Virus record (IMG/VR): IMGVR_UViG_3300028833_000118
Coordinates: 1-64,000 of that record
From: a virus
Taxonomy: Duplodnaviria; Caudoviricetes
Strand: one strand, 5' to 3'
Length of the DNA: 64,000 nt
Shown here piece by piece: positions 1 through 9,855 of this stretch. Each line of letters begins with the position of its first letter. Within the stretch, counting starts at the first letter, position 1. The translations under genes were made by a program, and so were the position numbers. Below the pieces are notes generated by a model. It worked only from the letters and a program-made list of their open reading frames with translations, had not been told where the DNA came from and did no database searches.

Positions 1-839
1 AAAACTACTGAACCCGTCACAGATTGATTCACAAGCGTGACCATGTACTCAGGATCATTCGGATCTGAAACTTGCAATACACACTTCAACGAATATCTGT
101 AACTTGTTCCATCATCCGAATCCGACCACAACTCAGGGTACCAGAAAATGCTATTTGTTTCCGAACCCGATACTACATAGGGATAATTCTCATTTCTTAC
201 AGGCATCGCTATGCCGCCATACCCATATCTTTGAGAACTGATCGCACCACTAATAATTGAGGTATACGGTGATCCAATTGGAGCCACGAACTCATTCAAC
301 CCATTGAGATAAAATGTACTCGGTGGTACGATATTCAAACTGGGCGGCGCATAGAACCTTATTATTCTTTGCCCTGCCGATCTATATATTTCTTCATCAT
401 CAAACAATGATTCCAAATTGAAGATTACTTCAAATTCCTGACCATCATAGGGTATATCAATAGATGCATCATAGAATTTTTTGAGCGAAACAGACCCAAC
501 TACATTCCCACTAACACGGTTTTGCACATCGAGGCTTGCCGAAGGGATTGATTTCGTATCATAATCATCTATATCAACATCTCCACCAATCAACCTCACC
601 CGATAATGAATCCGGAATCTATAACGATTTACTCTCTCCGCATCATCATTTTCATAATTCAAACCTGACAGAAAAACCAGACTTTTTGATTCCGAATCAC
701 AATTAAAGAACGTTCCAAGATACCACGCGACTGGCATAACTGTTCCGAGCGTAGTTATCTGCACTCCCTCTGACTCAATCACATCGCCATTTTCATCTAC
801 CGGTCTCCACAAATCATCTTCAAATCGTATCTGCTGCAT
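1..839 (-). CDS. Tail/baseplate-associated protein, 3' end runs off the window
   Basis: Manually translated open frame from ATG at 839 (MQQIRFEDDLWRPVDENG...) with no stop to base 1; follows the baseplate hub gene. Absent from the ORF track because it is truncated. Confidence 0.7.
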   Translation of the reverse strand, partial: MQQIRFEDDLWRPVDENGDVIESEGVQITTLGTVMPVAWYLGTFFNCDSESKSLVFLSGLNYENDDAERVNRYRFRIHYRVRLIGGDVDIDDYDTKSIPSASLDVQNRVSGNVVGSVSLKKFYDASIDIPYDGQEFEVIFNLESLFDDEEIYRSAGQRIIRFYAPPSLNIVPPSTFYLNGLNEFVAPIGSPYTSIISGAISSQRYGYGGIAMPVRNENYPYVVSGSETNSIFWYPELWSDSDDGTSYRYSLKCVLQVSDPNDPEYMVTLVNQSVTGSVV

Positions 840-842
840 ATC

Positions 843-2432
843 TCAATCCTCACCTACCCAGAGCAAGCTTATGTTGCCACTTGTTCTCGGCTGAAACATT
901 GCACCTCCGAGCCGCAAAGATCCTCCATACGGGATTTCCAACTGCGTCGGCGTTCTCTGCTTATTCTGATTCCAATATGACATAACATTTTCACCCATGT
1001 ACATTCCTATTTCCTGATTGGATATTCTCAAACTCGAAGGATCATTCTTGGCCCCTACAATAACAACTCCATCCTTATAACGGATGTAGTATGCTATCTC
1101 ATCGAATTGGTCATCTGCAGATTGTTCGATCCTCTGCATTTCAACACTGAGCTCATCCTTGGTTAACTGCACAGACGATTGAACGATTGAAACCGAATCC
1201 TGCGTTGCATACTGTTCTCCGACCCTCTGCATGATACTCGTTGCAGATTGCTCAATAGAACTATATACACGATTCTCCAACGCCGCTTGGCCTTGCAAAG
1301 CCTTCTTCAAAGTTTTGGCAGACTCAGATTGCACGGTATATTCATGATCTACTTCTTCTTCATAATTGGCTCCAATATTTGCCATGATCTCAGCGCTTAT
1401 GTTCCACTCCGCAGAACAAATCTGATAGAACCCACCATTGATGAAAACCAGATCTCCAACCTCAGCCGCAGGATCTAGATATGCACCCTTCGCCTTGAAC
1501 GGCTTATATACGAAACCGCTTACTTTCGGCAAAGTTACATTGACGATATTTGAATCAGAAAAATTACATAGTGCCTTTATGACATACCCTTCACTTGTTC
1601 CTGCACTCGAAATTACTCCACTTTCGGTCTCTAATTGAACCCCTGTAATCTCACTTAGATTCATACCAACCGAGAACTCTGTGACTTCCATACCAAGATA
1701 AGAAACATCCGAAAGGTCTATCTCTTCGCCACCACTATCTCCTACTATAGCGATACCGGCTATAGCAATTCCGGCGATAGCACTTGTTCCTCCACTCATA
1801 TTAACGAACGGCACAAGCAGGAATTTCCCTTCCGGCGTAATATGCCAATTCCCACCCATCGCCGCTCCAACATCTGCTAATATATCTCTCGCTGTCGTGG
1901 TCGTATCAAGCCCGACAAATGCTACAGTATCATCCAGAACGGTACGGCTATCTATCTCTATTCCTACAGACAATTCCAATAAATCGATTGCCTTTTTTGC
2001 AGTAATAGGCCAACTGGACGGCACATCTTCTTCCGGGATCTTGTCTGTCCAACTTTGCTCTGTTAACATCATCGCATCAAACGCGATTATGTTCAGATTT
2101 CCACTCTCATCCTTCGACCGCTGATCGGTATAATACGTTCCAAGCGTTATCCACTCAGACACCCTTTCTCCATCAGCCGAACAAATACGAACTTCAACAG
2201 AAAACTCTGCCATTCGAGGCCACGTCACGCCACTTGCAAGAAGCGAAACGTTGCACTGGGTTGACCAAGTATTTCCCATACTTGGCCCACTTCCCGAAAA
2301 CAACGCAGGCGTTATCTTGATTGATTTTAGAACATCAACCCCATACGTATTTTCTCCCTGAATCACCCTAGACTCATAATACGAACCTGGTTCAATTCTT
2401 AATTGCTTATATAATTCGGAGGTCGGCCTCAT
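843..2432 (-). CDS. Baseplate hub / tail spike-type protein
   Basis: 529 aa, second gene after tape measure; hub-like N-half, coiled-coil SSIEQSATSI segment and beta-rich C-end typical of siphophage tail-tip proteins. Confidence 0.65.
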   Translation of the reverse strand: MRPTSELYKQLRIEPGSYYESRVIQGENTYGVDVLKSIKITPALFSGSGPSMGNTWSTQCNVSLLASGVTWPRMAEFSVEVRICSADGERVSEWITLGTYYTDQRSKDESGNLNIIAFDAMMLTEQSWTDKIPEEDVPSSWPITAKKAIDLLELSVGIEIDSRTVLDDTVAFVGLDTTTTARDILADVGAAMGGNWHITPEGKFLLVPFVNMSGGTSAIAGIAIAGIAIVGDSGGEEIDLSDVSYLGMEVTEFSVGMNLSEITGVQLETESGVISSAGTSEGYVIKALCNFSDSNIVNVTLPKVSGFVYKPFKAKGAYLDPAAEVGDLVFINGGFYQICSAEWNISAEIMANIGANYEEEVDHEYTVQSESAKTLKKALQGQAALENRVYSSIEQSATSIMQRVGEQYATQDSVSIVQSSVQLTKDELSVEMQRIEQSADDQFDEIAYYIRYKDGVVIVGAKNDPSSLRISNQEIGMYMGENVMSYWNQNKQRTPTQLEIPYGGSLRLGGAMFQPRTSGNISLLWVGED

Positions 2433-2442
2433 ATTTCCCCTC

Positions 2443-2823
2443 CTAACGCTCTATGATATTAAATGCCACATCCTTATGAACAACCACCTTATCTGTGTTG
2501 ACTATCTGAATTCCTCCAGACCGGGTTGAGTTGTACATCTCCATTGTCACCGGCCCATTTGCCGGCACCAAATCCGTCTGACAATAGAAATATGTATTTC
2601 TTAAAATGATAAGCACAGGGTTGACAACGCTTGCCGCTACTGGCATAAGCTTAATGTCCGCCCTGCGCTTACTTGTCACTTTATCTCTATGCATTTTCCC
2701 ATCAAGAGTTCTTCCTGCATTCGGCCCATCCAGATCATTCTCTGACCACTTGATTTCTTCTATAATAGGGGCGATATCGATACTCGCATTCGGTGACGAT
2801 GCATACAACCTCATATACGGCAT
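2443..2823 (-). CDS. Distal tail (Dit)-like protein
   Basis: 126 aa directly after tape measure; DLDGPNAGRTLDGKMHRD motif typical of Clostridia phage Dit-like proteins. Confidence 0.6.
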   Translation of the reverse strand: MPYMRLYASSPNASIDIAPIIEEIKWSENDLDGPNAGRTLDGKMHRDKVTSKRRADIKLMPVAASVVNPVLIILRNTYFYCQTDLVPANGPVTMEMYNSTRSGGIQIVNTDKVVVHKDVAFNIIER

Positions 2824-2826
2824 CTA

Positions 2827-5800
2827 TTATCTCCCCCCTTGTCTTTTGATCTGATTTTGCACTGTTGTGATTTGCTCTACCAACGCACGAATATCTCCAA
2901 ACTGAGCCACCCACTGCATATTCTCGACCGAATTCTGGAAATTACTTATAAGATCTCTAAGCTCTCCAATGGCCGATAACATTGCAGAAGCATTCCCATC
3001 CTGACTCCATCCGACAAGCTCATCATTGATACCATACGGCAAAATGCTTCCACCAGCTATCGCGGGCATTGTGAATGTGACATTATCTGCAATCGCCTGT
3101 AGACGATCCAACATCGTTTCAAAACCATCGACTATTCGATCCGCGAACCCATTCATCGAATAATCTATATCAGATACAGATATCGGCCCGATTGCAAAAT
3201 CTTCATTCTGCATTGCATCCGAAATACCACCGGCAAGATTTCCGACAGCAGACAATACCTTCCCCTCATTTTGCTCGATACCCCGTGTAAAAAGATCCAT
3301 CATATCGGGCGCAAATGTGTGGAAATTTGACAGCGGCCCCTTATCGGGCTCCGAAAACCCGATGTAATTGGTGATCGTGTTGCCGATATTGAGCAACGTA
3401 TTAACCAACCCATAGATCTTCGTGGTTATACCATTGATGAAATTCTGCAACAGATCCGATCCCCAACGCCATGCATTACTGACAAGGGTATTGAATGTCG
3501 TATATACGCTCGACACGGCACTGGATATCGTGTTCCTCAATGTTGCCATCTTTCCACTGATTCCAGAAACCACTTGCCCAATTGCCGTGTTCATGCTATT
3601 GAACGCCGAACGAACCGAATTGAGCATCGTCGAAACACTATTCTGTATTGATTGCTTTATATTGTTGAACGAATCAATAACATTCGACTTCATCACACCG
3701 GCAGCGGCAACCGCAGCAGTTCTCGCATCATTGAAATTCTGCCTCACGGCATTGCCAACCGCCGTCATGCTGTCTCTTACTCTTTCCCTAATATCAGTAA
3801 ACCCAGCCGCTATATTATTCTTCATCTGTCCGGTTTGCTGAGATCCATCGGTAGACGCTTGAGAGAAATTTTCTTTTACATTCTGGGCAACATTTTTAAC
3901 ACTCGTTATTACCCTATCTTTCAAATCAGAGAATTTTTCTGCGATGGATTCACGCATTTCCTCCGACACTTCCAGAGATCGAAGGTTCATATCTGTATAC
4001 GCATCGACAACATTTTGCTTTGCGAGACTCACACTCTCAGATATTTTCTCCTTCAATTCATCAAATGCATCCCCAATTGATGTACTCATGTTTTGGGACA
4101 CCGAAAGAGATGTGGAACTCATGTTCGTATAGTTATCCTTCACGACATTCCACATCGTCTTGACGCTGTTCGACACCCTCGTCTTTATATCCTCGAATGA
4201 TTTCGGAACACTATTCCTTGTCTTTGTCGCTGTATTTACTGCACTATTTCCCATTCCACTGACCGACTCAGATGCACGGCTAGCTCCAGATTCCATCTGG
4301 TTTGCCGCATCTGTTACAGAATCAGCAATACCACTCATGGCAGATCTAATGCCATCCGATGCTTCCTCTGTTTCACTCTTTACATCTCCAATTATATCTA
4401 CTACCATCGGCATTCCATTCGGCCCAATAACGACCTGTGTTCCCCTCGCAAGCGTTTCCATGGCCCTTCCACTATCATCTATTTTATCTGCCGCCTCAGC
4501 CGATTCTCTTGCGGCTCTTTCCATCTCATCATTCAATGAAGCCATATATTCCGAAAGCGTCATGTCCCCAGAGAGAACCTTTAATAATCCTCCACAGGCG
4601 ATACCGAGCAATCGGAACGACGCTGTAAGCGAATCTATCGCCACCGATACGCCATTGATGATATTCGGCAGATCCTTATCTACTAATTCCTTTATAAAAT
4701 CTCCAAAGAAACCGAGAATTTTATCTGCGATGGGCTCCAACTCATTCCAAAGCTTTTGAACTGATTTCCCAAGCCTTTCAAACGCATCAATTATTGGTAG
4801 ATCTTCTCCATCTTCAACTCCCATAAGTCCTCGGAGCAGATCTAACGCGCCATTCCATGCTGCTTCCAACAATCCATAAATGGCATCCCTTATATCTTCC
4901 CACTTGATATTCGCAAAGAACGCCCTTATATTCTTACCTATCGCTTGCCAATCGGCCTTTTCTATTGCATTTGCAATCGAATTGATTGCTCCAACAATAG
5001 TTTCAGACAGAATCCTACCGACTGTAGACCCCAGATTGGAAGTCGAAAGGAACCCCGTCAAAATCCTAAACCCGATTGTGATCTTCGCAACAAGGATCGC
5101 CCCTATATCTTCTCCATTAACATCTTTAAAGGCATTTACAAGGAATTCTCCGATCCCACTCCCTATACCACTCCAATCAACCTCATTCACTATTCTGGCG
5201 ACCATATGGAGAACATCATCAAGCCATTCTCCAACTGTTGTTCCCAACTCTGCCGCCTTTTGCCTAAACGCGGCTATCATAGAATTCATCTTCTCAATGA
5301 TTAAATCCGTGGCCTGATCCCACATTTTATTCTTGAGAAGTTCTATGATTTCTTTCATCCAATCGGCAGGATCAACATCACTTAGCTGCCCATTGGCACC
5401 TCCACCGCCACCATTTCCATTTAAAAGATTTAACTCATCAAATCCCGCAAGCGTTTTCTTGAGATCCCCACCAGCTCCCTTTGCCGTCTTTGAAAGCTGC
5501 GAGGCCGTCTTAGACGTAACCCCAAGCAATCGAAGGAACTCCAAGAAATACGAAACTGCCGTAGTCACCCAGTTTATAATCTGGTTGATAATCGGCCCCA
5601 AAACATTTCCAAGAGCGGTCCAAATCGAATTCATCTGTGCCGCCAATTTCTGATTTTCAGACATATACGCATTGACGGCCTTACTTAATATCCCATAAAC
5701 AGAACTCACACCAATCAACGTTGGCATGAATCTTCTAATACTTCCTAATGCTACATCGAACGATCTTTTTGTCTGGGTACCGAACCCCTTCATCTGATTT

Positions 5801-5931
5801 CCAAGATTCTTTGCCGTTTTGCTCAGACTGTTAATCGCACCCTGTAATTTTTTTGATCCTTTTTCAAATCCGATAGCATCCAACACCGCACTGATCGTGA
5901 TTTCATTCTCTCCACCGCCCATACTGACCAC
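2827..5931 (-). CDS. Tail tape measure protein
   Basis: 1034 aa, helical Ala/Ser/Gly-rich with W-spaced and 11-residue periodic repeats; follows the chaperone pair. Confidence 0.9.
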   Translation of the reverse strand: MVSMGGGENEITISAVLDAIGFEKGSKKLQGAINSLSKTAKNLGNQMKGFGTQTKRSFDVALGSIRRFMPTLIGVSSVYGILSKAVNAYMSENQKLAAQMNSIWTALGNVLGPIINQIINWVTTAVSYFLEFLRLLGVTSKTASQLSKTAKGAGGDLKKTLAGFDELNLLNGNGGGGGANGQLSDVDPADWMKEIIELLKNKMWDQATDLIIEKMNSMIAAFRQKAAELGTTVGEWLDDVLHMVARIVNEVDWSGIGSGIGEFLVNAFKDVNGEDIGAILVAKITIGFRILTGFLSTSNLGSTVGRILSETIVGAINSIANAIEKADWQAIGKNIRAFFANIKWEDIRDAIYGLLEAAWNGALDLLRGLMGVEDGEDLPIIDAFERLGKSVQKLWNELEPIADKILGFFGDFIKELVDKDLPNIINGVSVAIDSLTASFRLLGIACGGLLKVLSGDMTLSEYMASLNDEMERAARESAEAADKIDDSGRAMETLARGTQVVIGPNGMPMVVDIIGDVKSETEEASDGIRSAMSGIADSVTDAANQMESGASRASESVSGMGNSAVNTATKTRNSVPKSFEDIKTRVSNSVKTMWNVVKDNYTNMSSTSLSVSQNMSTSIGDAFDELKEKISESVSLAKQNVVDAYTDMNLRSLEVSEEMRESIAEKFSDLKDRVITSVKNVAQNVKENFSQASTDGSQQTGQMKNNIAAGFTDIRERVRDSMTAVGNAVRQNFNDARTAAVAAAGVMKSNVIDSFNNIKQSIQNSVSTMLNSVRSAFNSMNTAIGQVVSGISGKMATLRNTISSAVSSVYTTFNTLVSNAWRWGSDLLQNFINGITTKIYGLVNTLLNIGNTITNYIGFSEPDKGPLSNFHTFAPDMMDLFTRGIEQNEGKVLSAVGNLAGGISDAMQNEDFAIGPISVSDIDYSMNGFADRIVDGFETMLDRLQAIADNVTFTMPAIAGGSILPYGINDELVGWSQDGNASAMLSAIGELRDLISNFQNSVENMQWVAQFGDIRALVEQITTVQNQIKRQGGR

Positions 5932-5941
5932 CTCTAATCTA

Positions 5942-6499
5942 TTAACTCAGCAACTCATTCAACCTACGCTCCGCCTCTTTTTCTTCTTCGGTCAATTTGA
6001 CCTGAATATCTACGATTTTCTTGTTTTGGGAATAAAACTCCTGCTCCCATTTTTCCAACGGCTTTCCCGCCGCCTTTTTACTCCGTATATTTAAAACCTG
6101 TGAATAGGTACAATCCCCTATCTCCATAAACCATCCCAGAAACGTCCACCAATGAATATCCGGGTCCAATCGGATCTCTCTCCCGGCAACCCGGTTTATC
6201 GCAGGAATTAACAATCTTGCATCTTGGTCGAAATCCACCCTTTTGACATTATCTTTCTTTTCACTCTCCACCCCATTGTCCATGAATTCCTGACCGACCC
6301 TGAAAGCCTCTTCATAATCCTCTTCCGGCATGTCCTCGAAATCCTCATACAAGATATACAAGAACACATATACCTTCTCATTATCTTTCAACTCTCGATC
6401 ATTTATTGCCGAAATGATATCTAAGATGGCTGTATATTGATAGCGAATGGGGCGATCAACCCCATTCACCACCAAACTTGTCGGCAACCGATAACTCAT
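5942..6499 (-). CDS. Gp15-family tail assembly chaperone
   Basis: YRLPTSLVVNG...HWWTFLGWFMEIGDCTYSQVLNIR resembles the A118 gp15-like family; precedes tape measure. Confidence 0.75.
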   Translation of the reverse strand: MSYRLPTSLVVNGVDRPIRYQYTAILDIISAINDRELKDNEKVYVFLYILYEDFEDMPEEDYEEAFRVGQEFMDNGVESEKKDNVKRVDFDQDARLLIPAINRVAGREIRLDPDIHWWTFLGWFMEIGDCTYSQVLNIRSKKAAGKPLEKWEQEFYSQNKKIVDIQVKLTEEEKEAERRLNELLS

Positions 6500-7053
6500 T
6501 ATCGACCGCCATTTTTATGCTTCCCGGTTTTATACCCATGCGTGTACTTTTGTACCCTGGTCGAAATCTGCCGTATTTCAGCATCAAATTTCCGGGAAAT
6601 AAACTGGCCTACCGCATTCAACGCATTCTCGCAATAAAACTTCCCACCTACAGGGGAAAACGCATGCATTTTCCCAAAGAACGCCTCAGCCATGTTACCA
6701 TCAAGCAAATAATCTACTAGCCTAAACAACTCTTCTTCTGCTTCATTCAAGAGCCGAATAGACTCTTCATCCTCGCCCTCACCATTGGTATCAATATTCG
6801 CATCGATCAGCGGCTTCACAACCTTTTCAAAATCAGCCGCCACTTTGTTATACCGATTTACAATATTGAAATCCGTCGGGCGAAAACGGAATTCTCCGAT
6901 CAATTCACCATTCGTATTCTTGATCGGCACCGTAATTGATCCATCATCAACTACAATTTCCAACTCTTCACTCTTTTTCACCATTTCATCTTCCAAAGCA
7001 TCTTTCACCACTTCGATATCTTTAATCTCACTCATTTTTTTGACCTCCATCAA
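6499..7053 (-). CDS. Tail assembly chaperone
   Basis: 184 aa acidic protein between tail tube and Gp15-like gene; TAATG overlap with the next gene. Confidence 0.65.
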   Translation of the reverse strand: MMEVKKMSEIKDIEVVKDALEDEMVKKSEELEIVVDDGSITVPIKNTNGELIGEFRFRPTDFNIVNRYNKVAADFEKVVKPLIDANIDTNGEGEDEESIRLLNEAEEELFRLVDYLLDGNMAEAFFGKMHAFSPVGGKFYCENALNAVGQFISRKFDAEIRQISTRVQKYTHGYKTGKHKNGGR

Positions 7054-7086
7054 AAAAATATAGGCCGTCCATTACAGACGGCCTAT
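7052..7086 (-). terminator. Intrinsic terminator after the tail tube gene
   Basis: Minus strand TAGGCCGTC-7nt-GACGGCCTA followed by a T run. Confidence 0.8.
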
Positions 7087-7106
7087 TGCTTTATTCAATT
7101 TCCACT

Positions 7107-7649
7107 TCAGGGGCTTCCCGTCGCGCCGCCGCCCGTCGCGCCGCCGCCCGTCGCGCCTCCACTCGACGCGCCGCTGATCGGTGTAAACGTCTTGGTGGAC
7201 ACATCGAACGTGCCAGCAACACGATTCCCCGCATTATAGACTCCGAACGGGATCTGCACACCGCTAGTATCACCACCAACGGTATTCGGCACAACCCAAC
7301 AATCCTCACGATACGCCCAGATCTGCGTTCCCTCTTCATCAACAAGAACCTCCACACGGGTGGTCTTGCAATCATCGCCGGTAAGACGCTCATTGGCGAT
7401 CTTGCACAGCGGCTCGAACATGGGATCATCCTGATCGGCATACCAAGGATCAGCCGAGGACTGTACCTGATATCCATTGTGAATAACGTTCTGCTGACCC
7501 AGAATATTTCTGCGGATCTCAACCTGCGGGTTCAGCTCTTCCGCATACGTCTCAAGATCCTGACCAAGCCGGGTATATTCCCGGGTATCTCCTACCCCCA
7601 TGCTTGCATCAATATAATGAGCCAGAAACTTACGTTCCATTCTACCCAT
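7107..7649 (-). CDS. Major tail tube protein
   Basis: 180 aa, RLGQDLETYAEELNPQVE...NILG motif typical of Firmicutes siphophage tube proteins; position and downstream terminator fit. Confidence 0.75.
   Translation of the reverse strand: MGRMERKFLAHYIDASMGVGDTREYTRLGQDLETYAEELNPQVEIRRNILGQQNVIHNGYQVQSSADPWYADQDDPMFEPLCKIANERLTGDDCKTTRVEVLVDEEGTQIWAYREDCWVVPNTVGGDTSGVQIPFGVYNAGNRVAGTFDVSTKTFTPISGASSGGATGGGATGGGATGSP
7117..7161. repeat. 15-bp tandem repeat x3 encoding GGATG units at the tail tube C-terminus
   Basis: cccgtcgcgccgccg twice plus cccgtcgcgcctcca. Confidence 0.9.
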
Positions 7650-7663
7650 AATTGAATCTCTCC

Positions 7664-8167
7664 TTATCGATCAAATTCATTGCGATACCGGATCACAACA
7701 TCCATGATCCAATTCTCGCTTTTATCATCATTGACTCCGACCAAATACGCCGGAGCCTGTCTTGTTACCTCTCGAATTTCACGATTGCCCTCTAACGCAG
7801 GCCAATCTTCCAACTTATATGTCGTTCCATTTATCGTGACTCTCTGCAACTCAATCCATCTTGCGAAAGTGTCCAACCACTCTTTTGCTGTAACACGCCT
7901 TTTGGAATTGAGCCCAGATTTCCGATAAACGACTGTAAACGGATATTGGCACATCTGCGTCACATGACCCGTAATACTTTCCCTCTCATCATAGATAAAA
8001 CTTCCGGTAGTCGGGAAAATTGCAACTCCCTCATCCGCCGGGTCTGTTGCAAACTCAAACGACTCCCCTTCATCCAGACCGGGGAATGTATTAATCAACG
8101 CCATCAACGCATCCGTGATCTGTTCATACCCATCCACATCAAACTTTACTATTTGGACATTTCCCAT
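7664..8167 (-). CDS. Tail completion/terminator-position protein
   Basis: 167 aa immediately upstream of the tail tube gene; assigned by synteny. Confidence 0.5.
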   Translation of the reverse strand: MGNVQIVKFDVDGYEQITDALMALINTFPGLDEGESFEFATDPADEGVAIFPTTGSFIYDERESITGHVTQMCQYPFTVVYRKSGLNSKRRVTAKEWLDTFARWIELQRVTINGTTYKLEDWPALEGNREIREVTRQAPAYLVGVNDDKSENWIMDVVIRYRNEFDR

Positions 8168-8575
8168 TTACTTTCTCCTGAGAATATCCGACACACCTTT
8201 TTGGAATTCATGCCTGTACTCCCGAATCACAAACTGTCCCCAATAAGGCACTGTTCTCGGATTCGTATAATGTAACGGCTTTCCCGAAAACCTAGATACT
8301 CCCTTATACAGATAATGTCCCTGCGGAGGAACAGACATTATGATCTTTCCAGACCCATATCTTCCCCCATTCGCCTCTTTGATCCTTCCAAGAAAATTAC
8401 CTGTCTTATACGGAATAATCGGCTCCGCTTTCAACATGATTTCCTTATCCAACCATACCTGAGCATCCTCAAATTTCTTGTTCCACTTGAACAATCCGAC
8501 TTTTGCCTTGATATAGTCGTTCTTTAAGACAATATCCTTTAATCGAACTTTACCGAACAACGGCATCCATATCAC
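8168..8575 (-). CDS. Minor capsid / neck protein
   Basis: AQVWLDKEIM...IIPYKTGNF pattern of minor-capsid-type neck genes; synteny. Confidence 0.55.
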   Translation of the reverse strand: MIWMPLFGKVRLKDIVLKNDYIKAKVGLFKWNKKFEDAQVWLDKEIMLKAEPIIPYKTGNFLGRIKEANGGRYGSGKIIMSVPPQGHYLYKGVSRFSGKPLHYTNPRTVPYWGQFVIREYRHEFQKGVSDILRRK

Positions 8576-9057
8576 CTCGCCGTAATTTCAAAATGAGGTA
8601 TAAGGTTGAATTTTGAACAATTCGTAATCGCAAAGACCTCATCATAGGTCTTATTCATATAATTGAAAAAACCGCTCCTATAATCCTCATCATTGAAAGG
8701 CCCACTCTCTCCATATTCACCGGCATAAATGAAATCGAAATTGTCACCGAACGCAAAAGTGATATTCTCATCCGGATCTCCCATACTGCGAAACACCTTG
8801 GGTGTCATATAGATCTTTGATCCACCACTCACACTTATTACCGCATCATCGCCACTCGGCTCATACTGAATATGAAGCATTGCATTATCAGACGCTTGCT
8901 CTCCATACGTCGAAATGATAATTGACCTATCGATTTTCAGGTGAACTCCATTGATAACTGTCGCATACCAAAAAATCACGCCATCCAATTCTTTACGATT
9001 GAACAACGTGACCGTCTGCTTATATATCGCATCAAACCCCGGCATCCAACATTCCAA
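8572..9057 (-). CDS. Head closure-position protein
   Basis: 161 aa in the neck cluster, ends PHFEITAR; synteny. Confidence 0.5.
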   Translation of the reverse strand: MECWMPGFDAIYKQTVTLFNRKELDGVIFWYATVINGVHLKIDRSIIISTYGEQASDNAMLHIQYEPSGDDAVISVSGGSKIYMTPKVFRSMGDPDENITFAFGDNFDFIYAGEYGESGPFNDEDYRSGFFNYMNKTYDEVFAITNCSKFNLIPHFEITAR

Positions 9058-9442
9058 CCCCTCTCACAATATTGATCGGCACAATACACGATCTCAAGAG
9101 CTGTAAATATTGCATACCATACACCGTCATACCATACTCGGCATTGACCGCTGTATTTGATGCCCCACCATTTGCAAAGCTAATACTGCTTCCACCATCT
9201 GACACACTCGACGCAACGAAACTATTTCCGATTTTTCCGAGCGCGCCAAGAGAATTTTCACCATATCCGGCCATCTTCAACTTGTGACAAATCAGCAACG
9301 CCTTGGCACGCTCATACATCTTCCCAAACTGTTTTTTGCTCACCATTGGGCTTACAAACTCATCCCAAGCCATAATCTCTTCATCGGTCATATCATTGAA
9401 TTCATCTCCAGATATTAACCTTACCATCTCAATGACCGTCAC
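9032..9442 (-). CDS. Head-tail adaptor (DUF4054-like)
   Basis: ALLICHKL...[12 protein letters not shown]...[14 protein letters not shown] pattern; position after the capsid gene. Confidence 0.7.
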   Translation of the reverse strand: MTVIEMVRLISGDEFNDMTDEEIMAWDEFVSPMVSKKQFGKMYERAKALLICHKLKMAGYGENSLGALGKIGNSFVASSVSDGGSSISFANGGASNTAVNAEYGMTVYGMQYLQLLRSCIVPINIVRGVGMLDAGV

Positions 9443-9457
9443 GGCTCATTCCCCCTT

Positions 9458-9781
9458 TTACTCAGCCGCATCCTCCGACTTCTTGGAACGGCTTCTTGTG
9501 GCTTTCTTCTTGGGCTCTTCGGCAACCTCTTCAACAGGCTCTTCTACAGCCGCCACAGGCTCCTCTGCGGGCTTTTCTTCCAAAACCCGAATACTAACAA
9601 ACCCGCGGTTCTCAAGAGCCTTGAGGCCCGGAAGCAGGGCTTTCTTGCCCGTATCACGTCCGTTCTCATCGAACACCGCACAATAGGCATCTTTATCCTG
9701 CACATTGATCTCACGATCCGGCAATACAGACTTTCCCGCAATACCGATAGGACGATTGGACTTGTTGAAAACGACAATCAT
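9458..9781 (-). CDS. Small virion-associated protein with charged tail
   Basis: 107 aa between capsid and adaptor genes. Confidence 0.55.
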   Translation of the reverse strand: MIVVFNKSNRPIGIAGKSVLPDREINVQDKDAYCAVFDENGRDTGKKALLPGLKALENRGFVSIRVLEEKPAEEPVAAVEEPVEEVAEEPKKKATRSRSKKSEDAAE

Positions 9782-9804
9782 TTTTTGACCTCCATAAAAT
9801 TAAA

Positions 9805-9835
9805 TGAAAAAGGGAGAGGCCATTTGACCTCTCCC
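9805..9835 (-). terminator. Intrinsic terminator after the major capsid gene
   Basis: Minus strand GGGAGAGG-8nt-CCTCTCCC then TTTTT. Confidence 0.8.
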
Positions 9836-9855
9836 ACCTTATTGACTTCTATCTA

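Noticed and set aside
6480-6530. Programmed -1 frameshift between the two tail chaperones
   Set aside because: No XXXYYYZ slippery heptamer is seen near the first stop, and the second gene has its own overlapping ATG.
7091-7522. 143-aa minus-strand ORF overlapping the tail tube gene
   Set aside because: An alternative frame of the tube gene; only its last codons matter, as the possible +1 frameshift tail.
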